Of a stretch of DNA of 64,000 nt, positions 11,701-23,838 are shown piece after piece (positions within the stretch are counted from its first letter, which is position 1; every line of letters begins with the position of its first letter). A program made the position numbers and the translations under genes. The stretch is taken from assembly GCF_003704095.1 (NCBI RefSeq), contig NW_020846655.1, positions 62,001 through 126,000 of the forward strand, in the 5' to 3' direction. The stretch is from Pocillopora damicornis. Lineage: Eukaryota. The notes below the pieces were generated by a model. The model saw only the letters and a list, made by a program, of their open reading frames with translations. It was not told the DNA's origin and made no database searches.

Positions 11701-14700
11701 CGGAAATGGCCCGGGAGGTGGTGGTTCAAATCTGCTAGGTCACCAGTCTAGTCGTGTGAGGAAAGCAGAGGGCTCGGCACTTTCCCGCTGCTTCGTGCAA
11801 ACGGAAAATACAGCATTCTGTCAGGCTTTTTTTGGGCACTTCCATACGTAATAACTTCAAACAAGGTACATAATCGGATGTAGGAAAGAAAAGATATTAT
11901 CAAACCTGTATTTCCTTCATCGCTAACTGATGGGCTGCTGCTGGTGATTACACCTCTTTGGCCAGTGGGAGATTTTGTGGACAAGGGAGGAATCGAAGCA
12001 CACACGGGTATTGGGGGTGAGTTTTCATCAAGAGGATCTGACGTAAATAAAAAAGTTACGAGCATGTACACTAAGTCAACAAAGAAACTCAAGCTCAAAC
12101 ACCACAACAAAGATTACCTAAAGCTTCAACAAAAGGGAAAAACCTTAACACAAAAATACAATTGATATAGAGGAGGTGAAGATGGAAGGACTCAGAAAAC
12201 AACAAGGACACTTCTCCCCCACCTCCATGAGCTTCCAATTTCTTCACACGTTTTTCATTTTCCTTTAAATCTACTAAATAATTAAATAATTATATCAGTT
12301 TTAGAGGCATAAAGGACACACTAAAAAAGTTGTGCAAAACATGATACAATTATATAGCCCAGTATATATAATATAGTTATGTAAATCGTCTGAAAAGTAC
12401 AGCTTTCCTGGGTGAAAAAAAATTCAGAATACAAATGCTAATGTTTAAACAGAGTAGATTTCAAGGAAGCAGAGCAATCAATGGAAAATAGCTTTGAGTG
12501 AGTATCATATATCACTTAAGATATTTCACAGAAATACCAACACACTTGGTTCACCGTGGTATCACGCTATGGAACAATATCAAACCCAAAAGGTGCAAAA
12601 TAAAATCCCAATAGTGAAGCGGGACTGCACTTTCACTGGAAGAAGACAGTTCAGTGACAGTCTTTCAACAACACAAATCTTTGAACTTACTTGAATTGAA
12701 AGTAATTTCACTGATCAATATCCAATGTCCAGCATAAGTAAATTTTAACTCCATGAACTTCCCAACATGTTTGCACAAGTCAATTGTAACATTATAATTT
12801 TCCCATCTTATTCCACTTGAAATTTGCTTTGATTTGAAAGACAGTGTCTTGTCAAATGTAGCACCATCTTCACCAAATCTTACTGTAACATTAGAAAACA
12901 ACATGACACTTGCTTCATCCCTGACATTACAGTGAATGGTCACTGAATGGAAGATTCTTGTGTTCAAAAACTCAAACATAATGTAAGGATCTGGAGTATC
13001 CTTAGCATTCCAGCCAATCCAACCCACTCCATCAGTGTTGGCATAATTAACAGGAGCCAGATGACCATCAGTTAGCATTCCAAGGCCAGAGGACAGAGAG
13101 TTGCCTTTGACCAAACCATCATAACTTGAATCAGTGAAATTGTACCTTCCTTCCATTGAATTACCTTGAAGAGTCTTATATGTGACAAGTCCTGAGTAAA
13201 AGGAAGAAATTTCAAGTCAAATCAAGTTAGACAGCCAGTCATGAGAATAAAAAGAGGTATCATGGATGTACAGTTCAGTGGATGAACAACTAAGACCAAT
13301 GAATTTGTGTCCAAGGACTGGTTTGGTATACTTCACGTGCAAACGCAAGGAAACTGAGATACACAAGCTCAGCAGAGGTATTTTTCCAAGATGGCCAATT
13401 ATGATGAAACTTTTTCGTCACAGAGTTTACTGCAATATGTTATATCATTCATTATTGTTGGGAGAGTTCTGAGGAGAAATTACAGTTTACTCAATGGTTT
13501 GAGAAACATTTTATTATTGCATCAATGTACCAGTATATGCTGTATATTTATATTCTTTCATTAAACATACTGTTCTTTTTGGCCCACTTCTCTGCCCAAA
13601 TCTTTCCAAGCAAGACTCTCCTTTGATTTGTCTTAAAATTTGTGTCCAAAAGTACAGAAAATTTCCTCAGCTCTCAACCAGTTTTTTTTTCTGAAATAGA
13701 CGTCTATGCCATTTTGTTTTTCACATTACGTTTGCATTTGCATTGGCATTGCCCCAGTTCACACATGTAGGAAGCAAATACAAATGCAAGAAAATGAAAT
13801 TTGTTTCATTCCTCACATTGATGCTTGTGCTTGCACTTGCGTTATTGTAGTTCATACTTATGTTTCCTTGCATTGGCATCATATCAGTTTTAACTTCTTA
13901 ATTCTAATTAGACAATAATGTGTCAATCAGCATTTGAACTTTCGAAGATTGCCCTGTTCAAATTCCTTTATATTGTGGGTTTTACCATTTTCCTTTATGA
14001 TGTGCTCTTCTGACAAAACTAGAAGGCCAGAGTTGACAAGATACAGTTGAGCATTTTCACAAATTTATTTTGATTGCAAACCTCAGATTTACAACAACAA
14101 AAGATTATTTGTTGCATAATAACTATGAGTAGCCAAAAGCTAAAGCAGGTTTTCAAAAGACAAAATCAAATAGCCGATAAATTGGTGCTGAAACCATAAA
14201 TTACCATTTTTAAGAGGACAGCCAAGGATTTCAAGCCTCAGACACACTTGTGTTTTTGGATCTATTGTTGGAGCAATTCTGATTGCATCTGCAACAATTG
14301 GTGGCCTCAGTATGTTTTCCTGATCATTATTGTTCTTGTTACCTTCAAAGGCCTGTTAGCAAAGAAATAAAGAACAAGAGTTAATGAAGGCCACCAACCA
14401 CATAATAATCAAAGTTAATTGAGATTTGTGAGAGTTCACTTAAAATGGTAGCTAAGGCCAACAAAATTCTGTTCCTTCAGCAGCTATTTGTAATGATGGA
14501 AGCTGCATAACTCAAGCATTGGATTAAATTCATCGCTCTCAAAACTACTTGTTCAAACAAAGTTTCACACAATCTTTCAATTATTGTGAAAATACAAACA
14601 CACTACTGACCAGTAGCAATAAACATGCTGATTCTGAATAAAAAACTGATGATATAATGAAAATTGGCAACCATTGCCAACCAGGATTTTTTGACAACCA

Positions 14701-17145
14701 TTATTTCTGTAAATACTTTCAAATAAAATTTTTTTTTTGGGAAAGATGTGGTAAATATTCTAAAGAGCAAATGAGCAGACAGCAAGAATACTTTCTTTTC
14801 TCAGTGAATAAAATTCAATCACAGCATATCAGTATTGGTGACCACAGCCACCATGGAGCTTTTCAGGGTCAATGAGGCATAAAACAAAAGGTTTCAAGTA
14901 AAAGAAAAAAACTGGGAGGATGTCATATTAATTGGCCTTGTAAAGGGCACAAAAAAGAAAAAATAGGGTGAGTGAGGAGGTGGATGGCTTAGGTTTGCAG
15001 CCATCACATCACAAATCTACCAGCCTGTTCCCTAACCAGTCCACCATGTTACCTCCTCAAATTGTCTGGCTCACATTTACTGTATACAAAATTTTATCAA
15101 GTGTGTCTGATAATTTATTAGTACATACCTTTGGTCGAGGGTTTTCACCATCATAATACCAATCATAGGTCAGTTTCTTTTCTTTAGAATAACTAATCCA
15201 GTACTGTTCTACTTTTTCTACTCCTTCATGACGGCCCTGTGTCACAATGCCTTTGATTCGCAAAGAAGTGTCAAACTGAACTTGTATGAACTCTTTGTGA
15301 ATTGTAGCTGTATCATTTTCATATGGCCTCTGATCAGGGCACCACCCACCATATCCATCAATATGATTCAACCTAGCATAAGTAGCCATACTTAGTGGTC
15401 GAGAAGAAGTGGCACGAATGTTTTCATCCTTGATAAGACCATTTTCCATTCCCAAAGGCAACAAACAATCTATAAAGAATGATAAAAGAAGTGACTAGGA
15501 TCATCATATTTTCCCCTTACATGACAGGTCTGCTCTCATTACATGGTAAAGCACAGTTCCTATACAAAGAGCTAGCAGTTGTCACTATCATATTTAAAAA
15601 CTATTCCATGAGTGCGTGTTGAATATTAGATGGTAACTACAGTAGCCATTGAGGTGCTTATTGCCAAGTTGGCCAAAACCACTCAGATCAAACAATTGAG
15701 AGTGAATTGGATATAGAAGCAATCCTTGCAGTTATGAACACTACTGAACTAGTAATTGAAATAAGGCCTAAAAAAAATTCAGGCCTATACGGGATTTGAA
15801 CCTATGACCTCTGTGATACCAGTGCAGCACTCTAGCAACAGAGCTAACAAGCCAACTGGGAACTGGTCATTATTTTGAATTCAAATAAACCTTCCAAGTG
15901 GTGAATAATGAATGTAAATATATGAAAATCATATATGTGTACTGAGGTTGAAGAAACAGATATAGAAGCAATCCTCGCAGTTATGAACACTACTGAACTA
16001 GTAGTTAAAACAAATATTTCAACTTTCCAATATTGCTTTAAGAGCTCACTAAACTTGATTTCACTCTGAAAAATTGTTATAAATTAAAATGACAGGTAGC
16101 CCATTTTACTTCTCCCACAAAAATGGCAAAATAATCACATGACATGTTACACTGAAGTGTAGTGTTGTGTGAAGAGTGTTAATGATACATGTATTTAGTC
16201 AAGAGTGGGATGTCATATTTTAATCTGGCTAATAAGGGTTATGTGAAAGTGAAAGAACCATATTATATGGAGAACAAGAGAAATATGTAAATCACATGTA
16301 TCTAACTACCCCATCTCTTAAGTTCTTCAGATTTACTGGTAGTTTGCAACATGAAACTGCATCGATTGTTGGGAGTGTTATCATTATTGATTTTTAACCT
16401 TTAAGCCCTCTTCTTTCCAGTTGAGTATTCTTCTGCAAATTGCCTCCTTGTTTGTGAGGCGCTAGGAGGATTTATTTTTATCAAGGATGGAGAAAAAAAG
16501 AAGGAAAAATGAGCTAGATCATTTCAGCCTACAGCCCAACTACAGACAGAATTTTGAATTATGTTGATAATTCTTCTATGTACTCAAGAAGAAATTTTGG
16601 CCTATGTTCCACCCCCTGATATTTGAACAGAAGACAATAGCAGGACTATGGGGACAAAAGCAAATCTTGCAGTAGGGGAGGCAGGGGATAATGTGTTTGA
16701 TCCAAGTTTTAATGCATAAATTAATTTTCCAATAGATAAAATTCAAATAAGTGAGTAAGTGAGTAAGTGAGTGAATTTTCCTTCCATACCTAAACCTGTA
16801 AATGTAGCTATCACATACATGTCAGTTAAACAAAGTCAAGCTTATTTGTTCTTCATATGTTCCTTTCTAGAGAAACACATTTACCTTAGTTCCTGTTTTA
16901 AATTAGTGAATCAGACCACATTTGTATCAAACTTTGCAAAGATGAACAAAACTGTGGGTCTAATTGTTGATCTTCAGGTCTTAGTATCAAGAAAGCTGTA
17001 TAAAGAGAATACATACAAATAAAACTGGGAATACAATGCAGTTAGTTGTCTGAGATGATCCAAAACAGAACTTACCTTCCTGACACCCTCCAGAAATAAA
17101 AAAGGCACTTGCCAAAAGTAACATTTTCCACAAAGAAACAATCAT
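8740..17145 (-). CDS. DDR2: Discoidin domain receptor tyrosine kinase (DDR1/DDR2-like), ~989 aa
   Basis: Coding exons in transcript order: 17145-17076 (signal peptide MIVSLWKMLLLASAFFISGGCQE); 15469-15129 and 14352-14205 (F5/8C discoidin: CLLPLGME..GGWCP..TQGRH..CLRLEILGC); 13191-12691 (DS-like domain); 12037-11906; 11521-11090 (TM GGVIAAIICAVVAVLVAVALFICC); 10745-9708 (GDGQFGEV, VAIKTLK, HRDLATRNCLV, DFGMSRNLYSKHYYRV); 9047-8740 (SDVWAFGVTLWE, TAA). All phases are consistent. The donor at 11090 is the least certain. The symbol denotes the family; orthology to DDR1 vs DDR2 cannot be resolved. Confidence 0.93.
15711..16003 (-). mobile_element. tRNA-derived SINE-like repeat with ~43-bp direct repeats at both ends
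   Basis: The minus strand of 15781-15853 reads ggcttgttagctctgttgctagagtgctgcactggtatcacagaggtcataggttcaaatcccgtataggcct (degenerate A box, B box ggttcaaatcc). atatagaagcaatcct(t/c)gcagttatgaacactactgaactagta occurs at 15711 and 15960. Confidence 0.7.
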
Positions 17146-20100
17146 CTTTGCCTTTTAATAATTAAACCATTCTACAAAGCAAAACAAAAACAAAGACTTT
17201 TGTTATCATGTGCTACATAATATTTGAATCCACCTTAATCAAGCTACACACTGTTTATAGAGAAAATAAAATTAATACAGTGGACAAGAATTAGCCACAA
17301 AGCAGTCTTACACAACTACTAAATAAACAAAAACATTTGCAATTGATGCTTTGAATAACAGTCAAAATAGATCACATTCCTCACCAAATACCAAACATGC
17401 ATAATTTCCTGCCTCACAGACAACAGTTTTCCTGTTGTTCACTTCTTCAAACACAACTGAACCAAATAATATGCAAAAGAGAGTAACATTTGGTAATAAA
17501 GTTGTTTCCAAGCTTTGAAAGATTCCTTGTAAGTATGTTGCCATTTTGCTTATCAATTACCATATTACTGTCTTATTAATCAAGTCTCAACAACACATTT
17601 TTTTCTGAAAGCCAAGTATCAACACTTATCATGATTGCATGAATGTTGACATCTTCAAATCGACACAATCACATTTGGTAAAATTCTCACTTATTATAAC
17701 CTTACTTTTGCCCACACTCAAGTATGTGCATTTTTTTAAACATCCACATTAAAAAATATTCCAAGTCTAGTATTCTTTGTAGTTCAATATTTGCTTTCTC
17801 CAAACTTTCCCAAACCAGTTTACCCTACATATTTCTAGGTTTCAAGGTAATGACAGTCAAGATACAAAACAAAGAAACATCAAAATCAAAATAGTTTAAT
17901 AAATCAAAAGCCAATGAAATATATAAACCACAATTATTTGTATCTATAATGTCTGGAGATGGTTAAATCAGACATGGTGGGCTGCTATCCTATCTAGTCC
18001 TCTCTGGGAGGAGAGATACATTGTAACTGGGCTCTAAAGAATGACAGAAATCAAGCCTAACTTGTGTTTCTGTTATCATATTTTTATCAACTATTCAGTA
18101 GGTTGTAGAGCACAAGAGAGGTACAAAGGAAGCTAAAACTCCTCCAAATTTGAAATTAGGGGGGGCAGGGCCCCACATTTTGAAATAGAAATTTACAAAA
18201 GTGTAGCAAAACTGGGAAATGTTCAGCCTTGCAAGTTTTTCACAAATTGATTCATCGCAAACACAATGAACAAAATAAAAAACCTCATAAAAGTTAGCTG
18301 GTACTTGAACAGGTACTAAGGAGGTCAAACATCAGTTAGCAATGTACATGTATTGGACACTATTGAAATTGTAAAGAAACTTAAAATTAGAAATTTTCCA
18401 AAATATCAGTGGGTTTTGGCTTGGAAAATGAAGAACTCTCCCCTTCCTTCCCCCTCCTACTTTGCCTCTGCTTCCCAAGAAATTGTTGAACGGCCATTGA
18501 ACAACCTACTTAAACTGTTCGTAGACATGCAATTAGTCGTGTCAAATTGGCAATGTCAAATTCCAACCAAGTCTAACAGATAATATCTAAGCTTGAACTG
18601 CTCTATGAAAGATTTAGTGGTACAAAGACCACATAATATGACAAAAATTGTTCTTTTTCTTTCTCCCAAGGCTTCATTTCATTTTGGAAGGGATTTCGTA
18701 TTTCTAATGGTACAACATGTACTTTGCTTAAAAATAGATGTCCCACAACATTTCTCACAAGCAATTTTCCTCCTTGACAACCTGTTCTGAGAACATTTTA
18801 AAGCAGTGATCCCTTCTTGCTCCATAGTCAACCAGGATAAATCATACAGTATTCAAATTCTATTATTATTTTTATTATTATTGGTCCTTATCAAAAGGCC
18901 TACTTATACTAACAAATACCAGCAGAACAAAGCTGACAAACATTGACATAATGACAAAAGGCCTTTCCACTCTAGCCAAAAAGTCGTTTGTTTAGACAAA
19001 TTCTCTGTCCTTGTGAACATTCACAAGTGGGATGATTTGTTGCAACTTGACAGATTTTGGCCAGAGAAGACAAGTCCTCAACGCACCAGTAACATAATTT
19101 GTCCAAGGTGAAAACCAGACAAAATTGAATAAACAAACAAAACCATGATAAACTTGATCATTTGTAGTAAAAGCTACTACCAGCATGTAATTGAACTGAA
19201 ATCTGTTTACTAGAAAGGTTAAAATTGCCTCAAGTTGCATGACTCAGGGATTCTAAAATTTTAAATGACCTAGGATAAATCCTGGAAACTAGAGATGGAA
19301 TCCTTTGACAAACTATGCTGGCCAGTCTTATGAACAGACCAAGTATTGACAGAATTTTACAGCTTTGAAATTTTCAATGCAGATGCAACAGAGGAAATGA
19401 AAATTTGTCATGGCAAAATTTGTCCCTTGATTTTGTCAGGAAAATTCTAGTTTTCGCAAGTGCAGAAAAGCCCAAAGGCAGACCAGAGACTAACAATTAT
19501 TTCTGCAATCTGATCTAGACAAGTGGAATCTGGAATCCAGGCCAAAATTTCTCCCATTCATATAATTTTTTGAGCCCAAGAATCTTACACTACAATACGC
19601 ATTCGCTATGAACAACCTCAAAGTAAATTCTATGATTCAACCTTCCCTTGAACATTCTTTATCAATGTGCTGGTATGACATCATTCTGACATTTGATTTC
19701 AATTTCTGAGGTGATGTAAGATGTTAAAATTAAAAAAAGTAATTAAAAGCAAACAGTAACTTTTCTTTAATAAAACATTCTTTATCCTTGATTTCATGAT
19801 GTCAGAGTACTAAGTGACTAAAGCTTATATCAGAATACTGATAAAAACACGTAGTGACTTATGTTTCCTTAAAATTTCTGCTATGTCTGGGAAAGACAGA
19901 TGTGAAGATCTGACGAGAGAGATAGACTTGGTTTGTTAATTTGTGTACCAGGGTAATTAGAGTCATCCAATACGTTTGAAAGCATAAATAACGTCAGCTG
20001 AAAATTCATGAATAATCATAAACATACAGAATTTCCCTTTTAAGGAGGTGAACGAGGTAACACCACTGCTATAAATAACCTCGTTCTCCATGAAATGGTG

Positions 20101-21186
20101 GGCGAGAACCCAAAAGAAACCAAAACAATATAACTACCATCGTTAAGTCCTCGCCAAAATAATATGATCACCAACAAATCGTATTCCACCTTTGTTGACC
20201 TCTTTTCGCATGAGAAACTTTCATTTTCGTGCGCTCACATTGAAGCTGTAAAAATTGTCGACTTCTTCACACGCAAATTCTCAGAGTAAATATTTTCCGA
20301 ATAATATTGTGTTCTTGAATACAAAATTAAAATTTTCCACAGCGTGCTATTTGCTCGTTGTGGGCTCTGGGAAGATTGCTTATGTTGAAAGAGTCAGCTT
20401 CATTCTCGAATCCCTTTAAACCCTCGATTAGATCAGTTTAAGGTCAGATAAAGCCGTGAACAAATATAAATATGCAGTGAATAAGACAAGTTTTGTGGCA
20501 CTTATCATGACTCTCACAGAAAAATGAAATATTCGCGGTTACAATTAGCAAGTTACAATTTAACGTTTTTTCAACGCAAGACACGCAAACATGATTCTTG
20601 TTCGTGCAAATAAAAGCATGGAAATTAAACCCAAAATAGTTTCAGAGACAATCTTCCTCGCACGAGATAATCCCGAGAAGAGAACGGAAAAAAACAATAA
20701 CAAAAACTCTCAGTTTCAGGACAACTTCGGTCAGAAACAAAAGCCAACTGAAGCACTTCAATTTGGGCATTTTAAGCCTCCTGTAGGTAAACGTCAATAT
20801 TGGCAAAAGAACAAATTGATTTTATGTCAACTTGTTTTTGAACGCGCTAAGCATTTTACGAACAAAAATTTGTTTAACAATACTGCAAGTATTTTGGTTT
20901 TGTTTTTAACACCAGCATCTTGTGACAAGAATGTGATCTATATTATTTACTTTAAAAAACTTCATGAAAGACAAAAAGTCGACACAAGGGGATAACAGCT
21001 GGAAGTGAGATCAAAAGTAGAAGCGATCAAGCAAAAGCCAAATTTGATTTTCTGCGCATCTGTAGTTGATCAAGTATCTTCTAGCCTATGGCTTCCAAAG
21101 ACGGGGCTTATTCAAAGATTAAAGGGTAAAAATATACCACCCTGAAAGAACACACGGCACATTAAGTTATTTACTTTACCGCATAC

Positions 21187-21440
21187 CTTCACCACAAGTC
21201 GTTCACAGTGAAAAGATTTGTGCGCGCTCAAAACATCACATGCCACGGGAAGGAGGTCGAGAGAACTGAATTATAACATGTTCCAGAAGCCAAAGACTAT
21301 CATAGAGTGGTGTGATGGAAATATAGGCAAGCTTTTCTCTTCAGCGACTGTAATCTCCGCTACTTCCTACAAAACTGAAAGCTTAGTCCCGTGATCCCTT
21401 GCGGAATGCACCGGAAGTGAGATTGAAATCTGGAATAAGG
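21187..21440. promoter_or_regulatory. Putative DDR non-coding first exon and CpG-retaining (possibly bidirectional) promoter
   Basis: Minus-strand donor aag|gtatgc at 21187/21186 could splice to the acceptor at 17171 just upstream of the DDR ATG. ETS motif ccggaagtg at 21411-21419. CpGs are locally retained. Confidence 0.45.
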
Positions 21441-23838
21441 TCAGTATTGTTACGCTGCACCCAAAAGTGCGTCTTATTATCTCTTTGTATTTCCAGACAT
21501 TGAGTCTACCTCGTTGTTAAATTTTGATTTTGACCATACATAGAGTGGTTGTGGCAAAAGATTTTCCTCTGTGCCATGCTGGGATGGATTGTAGTGTTAA
21601 GTGTTTACTGCAAGTAATCTTTATTAACATCCATCTAACAAGGAAAGTTTTCGGTTTTGAATTATACACTCATCTCACTCTTTTGAAATTTCACTTTCCC
21701 GCATTGCCTAAAGCCCCACACAAATCTGTATCTATTCATTTTATTCATTTTATCATGATAAAAGGCTTCTTTTGTTCAAGATAAGTTTCTTGTGTTTCTT
21801 GTGTGATGTACTGTACTAAGGTAATGGTGATGATACACATTAATTTGAACCTAAGTAGGGTATGGTGGGAAAAGGAACACAATATCTTTATATTTTTTAC
21901 TGTATCAGTCTCAATGGGAGGGGTACCCTCCTCGTTCAGCCTAAACTGGTATATGCCAGTGAACAGAGAAACAGGGTGTAAAATTTCACATTTAGTTTCT
22001 TGAACAGGGAGCCTATCTGGACTAAACAGGTTTTGTATGATAGCAGCACATGGTCCCCTCCCAACAAATAACACTCATTTTAGGGTTTAAAGGGACTTGA
22101 CACACCCCTCCTACCTCCTTCCCCACCATTTCTTTGTTTTGTTTGGGGTCAATCTATATTTCTAGTTTGGCTAATTTTTTTTCCTTTCTTTCCTTTAATT
22201 TTTCATTGTCTCCTATTCTACCTATAAATACAAGAATGTGGCTAAATGTCAGTCATTTTAAGTGAAAGGCAGTAACTTGTCACTTCTATATGACAGTGCT
22301 GAGTTCTCAAATGAAGGAAGTCTTGACTTTAAGTGGTAATTTTCCCAATATTTGCACTCTGGCTGAATGCCACATGATCTTGGGATTTCTTGAATTCATG
22401 CAACTTCAGCAGCAAATTTCATCAATTACCATAACAAACTGTTCCATATTAGGCCTTTAATGGAAAATGACTGATTATACAAGTTTAAAACAGGAATGGG
22501 AATCAAGTAAACTCATAATGTTTTATAATTATCACAAAAGACATAGAAGATCTGAAAAATGCAAGAATGACAAGTCCAAGATGTCAATTCCAACCTATAA
22601 ATAACAGGGCATTTATGCAATGAAGTTGTGTATCTTGGCCAATAAAGGTTTTTTTCTCTACCAAAGACAGGATATGAACAAAGGTTCACTTCCCCTCACC
22701 TATGCTATTGAACAAACCACAAACAACACTGGGTACATGTAGGTATTCATAGAAAGAAGGTCTTTAATCAACGCAATGAAAACTGGATAATACTCTTAAA
22801 TCCTTTCAAAGACTAAAATTGTAATTGCCCCCCAGGTTCATGTAGTAGTTTCTTTTAGTATTTGAAAAATTTCCTCTGTGGTTAGTTACTCCAATTTTTC
22901 TAAAAACATTGAATTCTCACACAAGTAAAATCAGGGAGAGATAATGTTGGCCTAACAAAAAACCAAAGAAGGAAATTCCAAGGTGTGTTCAAGGGCCCCA
23001 ACAAATTTAAAGACTTAACCTCAAATAGCTCAATTAAGTTTTCTCCCATAGTGTACCATGACAATAAACCCTTCTGTTCCTTTCTCTGCCCTTTTAACCA
23101 CCAGGGCCTCACAACTGCCTTTCCATCACCTTCCATGTTTTTTTATGAATAGTTACTTTTAGACAGAGTGACTAACTTGAACACAATTACATGAAACAAA
23201 ACTAAGTATTGTGCTGAGTCAGTCTTTCATTCTGCTGTAACACAACATTCTGATGTTATGGCATTGGCAAAAGATTGAATTTTTTTTTTTTTTTACATTA
23301 ATGTACAATCCACATTATAACAAAAAAGGTTGATTGTTTCAAACATTTATGAACAATCCATATATTTAATTATTAAAACACCCCTTTCTACAAGTGATAG
23401 ACAGGGACACCATAATAGACCACAGGTGATATATCACTCTTTAATGAAGTCTTTGTCTCCAAATTTTGATTCCTGCATAGTGGATGCATTGTTCTCTATA
23501 TTTTTTAATGACAAAAAATGAAAAATTAGTATCTGAATTAAATAAACAATTATCTAAAAATTGAATGCAATATGCACATAAATAATACAGACACATTTAT
23601 TAAAAATTTCTATACAGCAAAAGGAAACAAAATATTATAATCAAAAATTATACTGGTTGTGCAAACTGGCCTCTTTTGAAATTGTATTTTGTCCTTCCAT
23701 GAAAAAAAATTTTTAGTTTTTCAGTTTTTCTGTCCTTCGTGGTTTGCAGTTTTCTTAACTTTCTATGCATTTTTGTATTTGGTTGGATACCAATTTAAGG
23801 TGTTAGTCAGATGGAACATTAAACGTAGTTTCTTGTTC

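Noticed and set aside
15781-15853. Functional tRNA gene
   Set aside because: Degenerate D-arm and stems, embedded in a repeat with direct repeats; treated as SINE-like.
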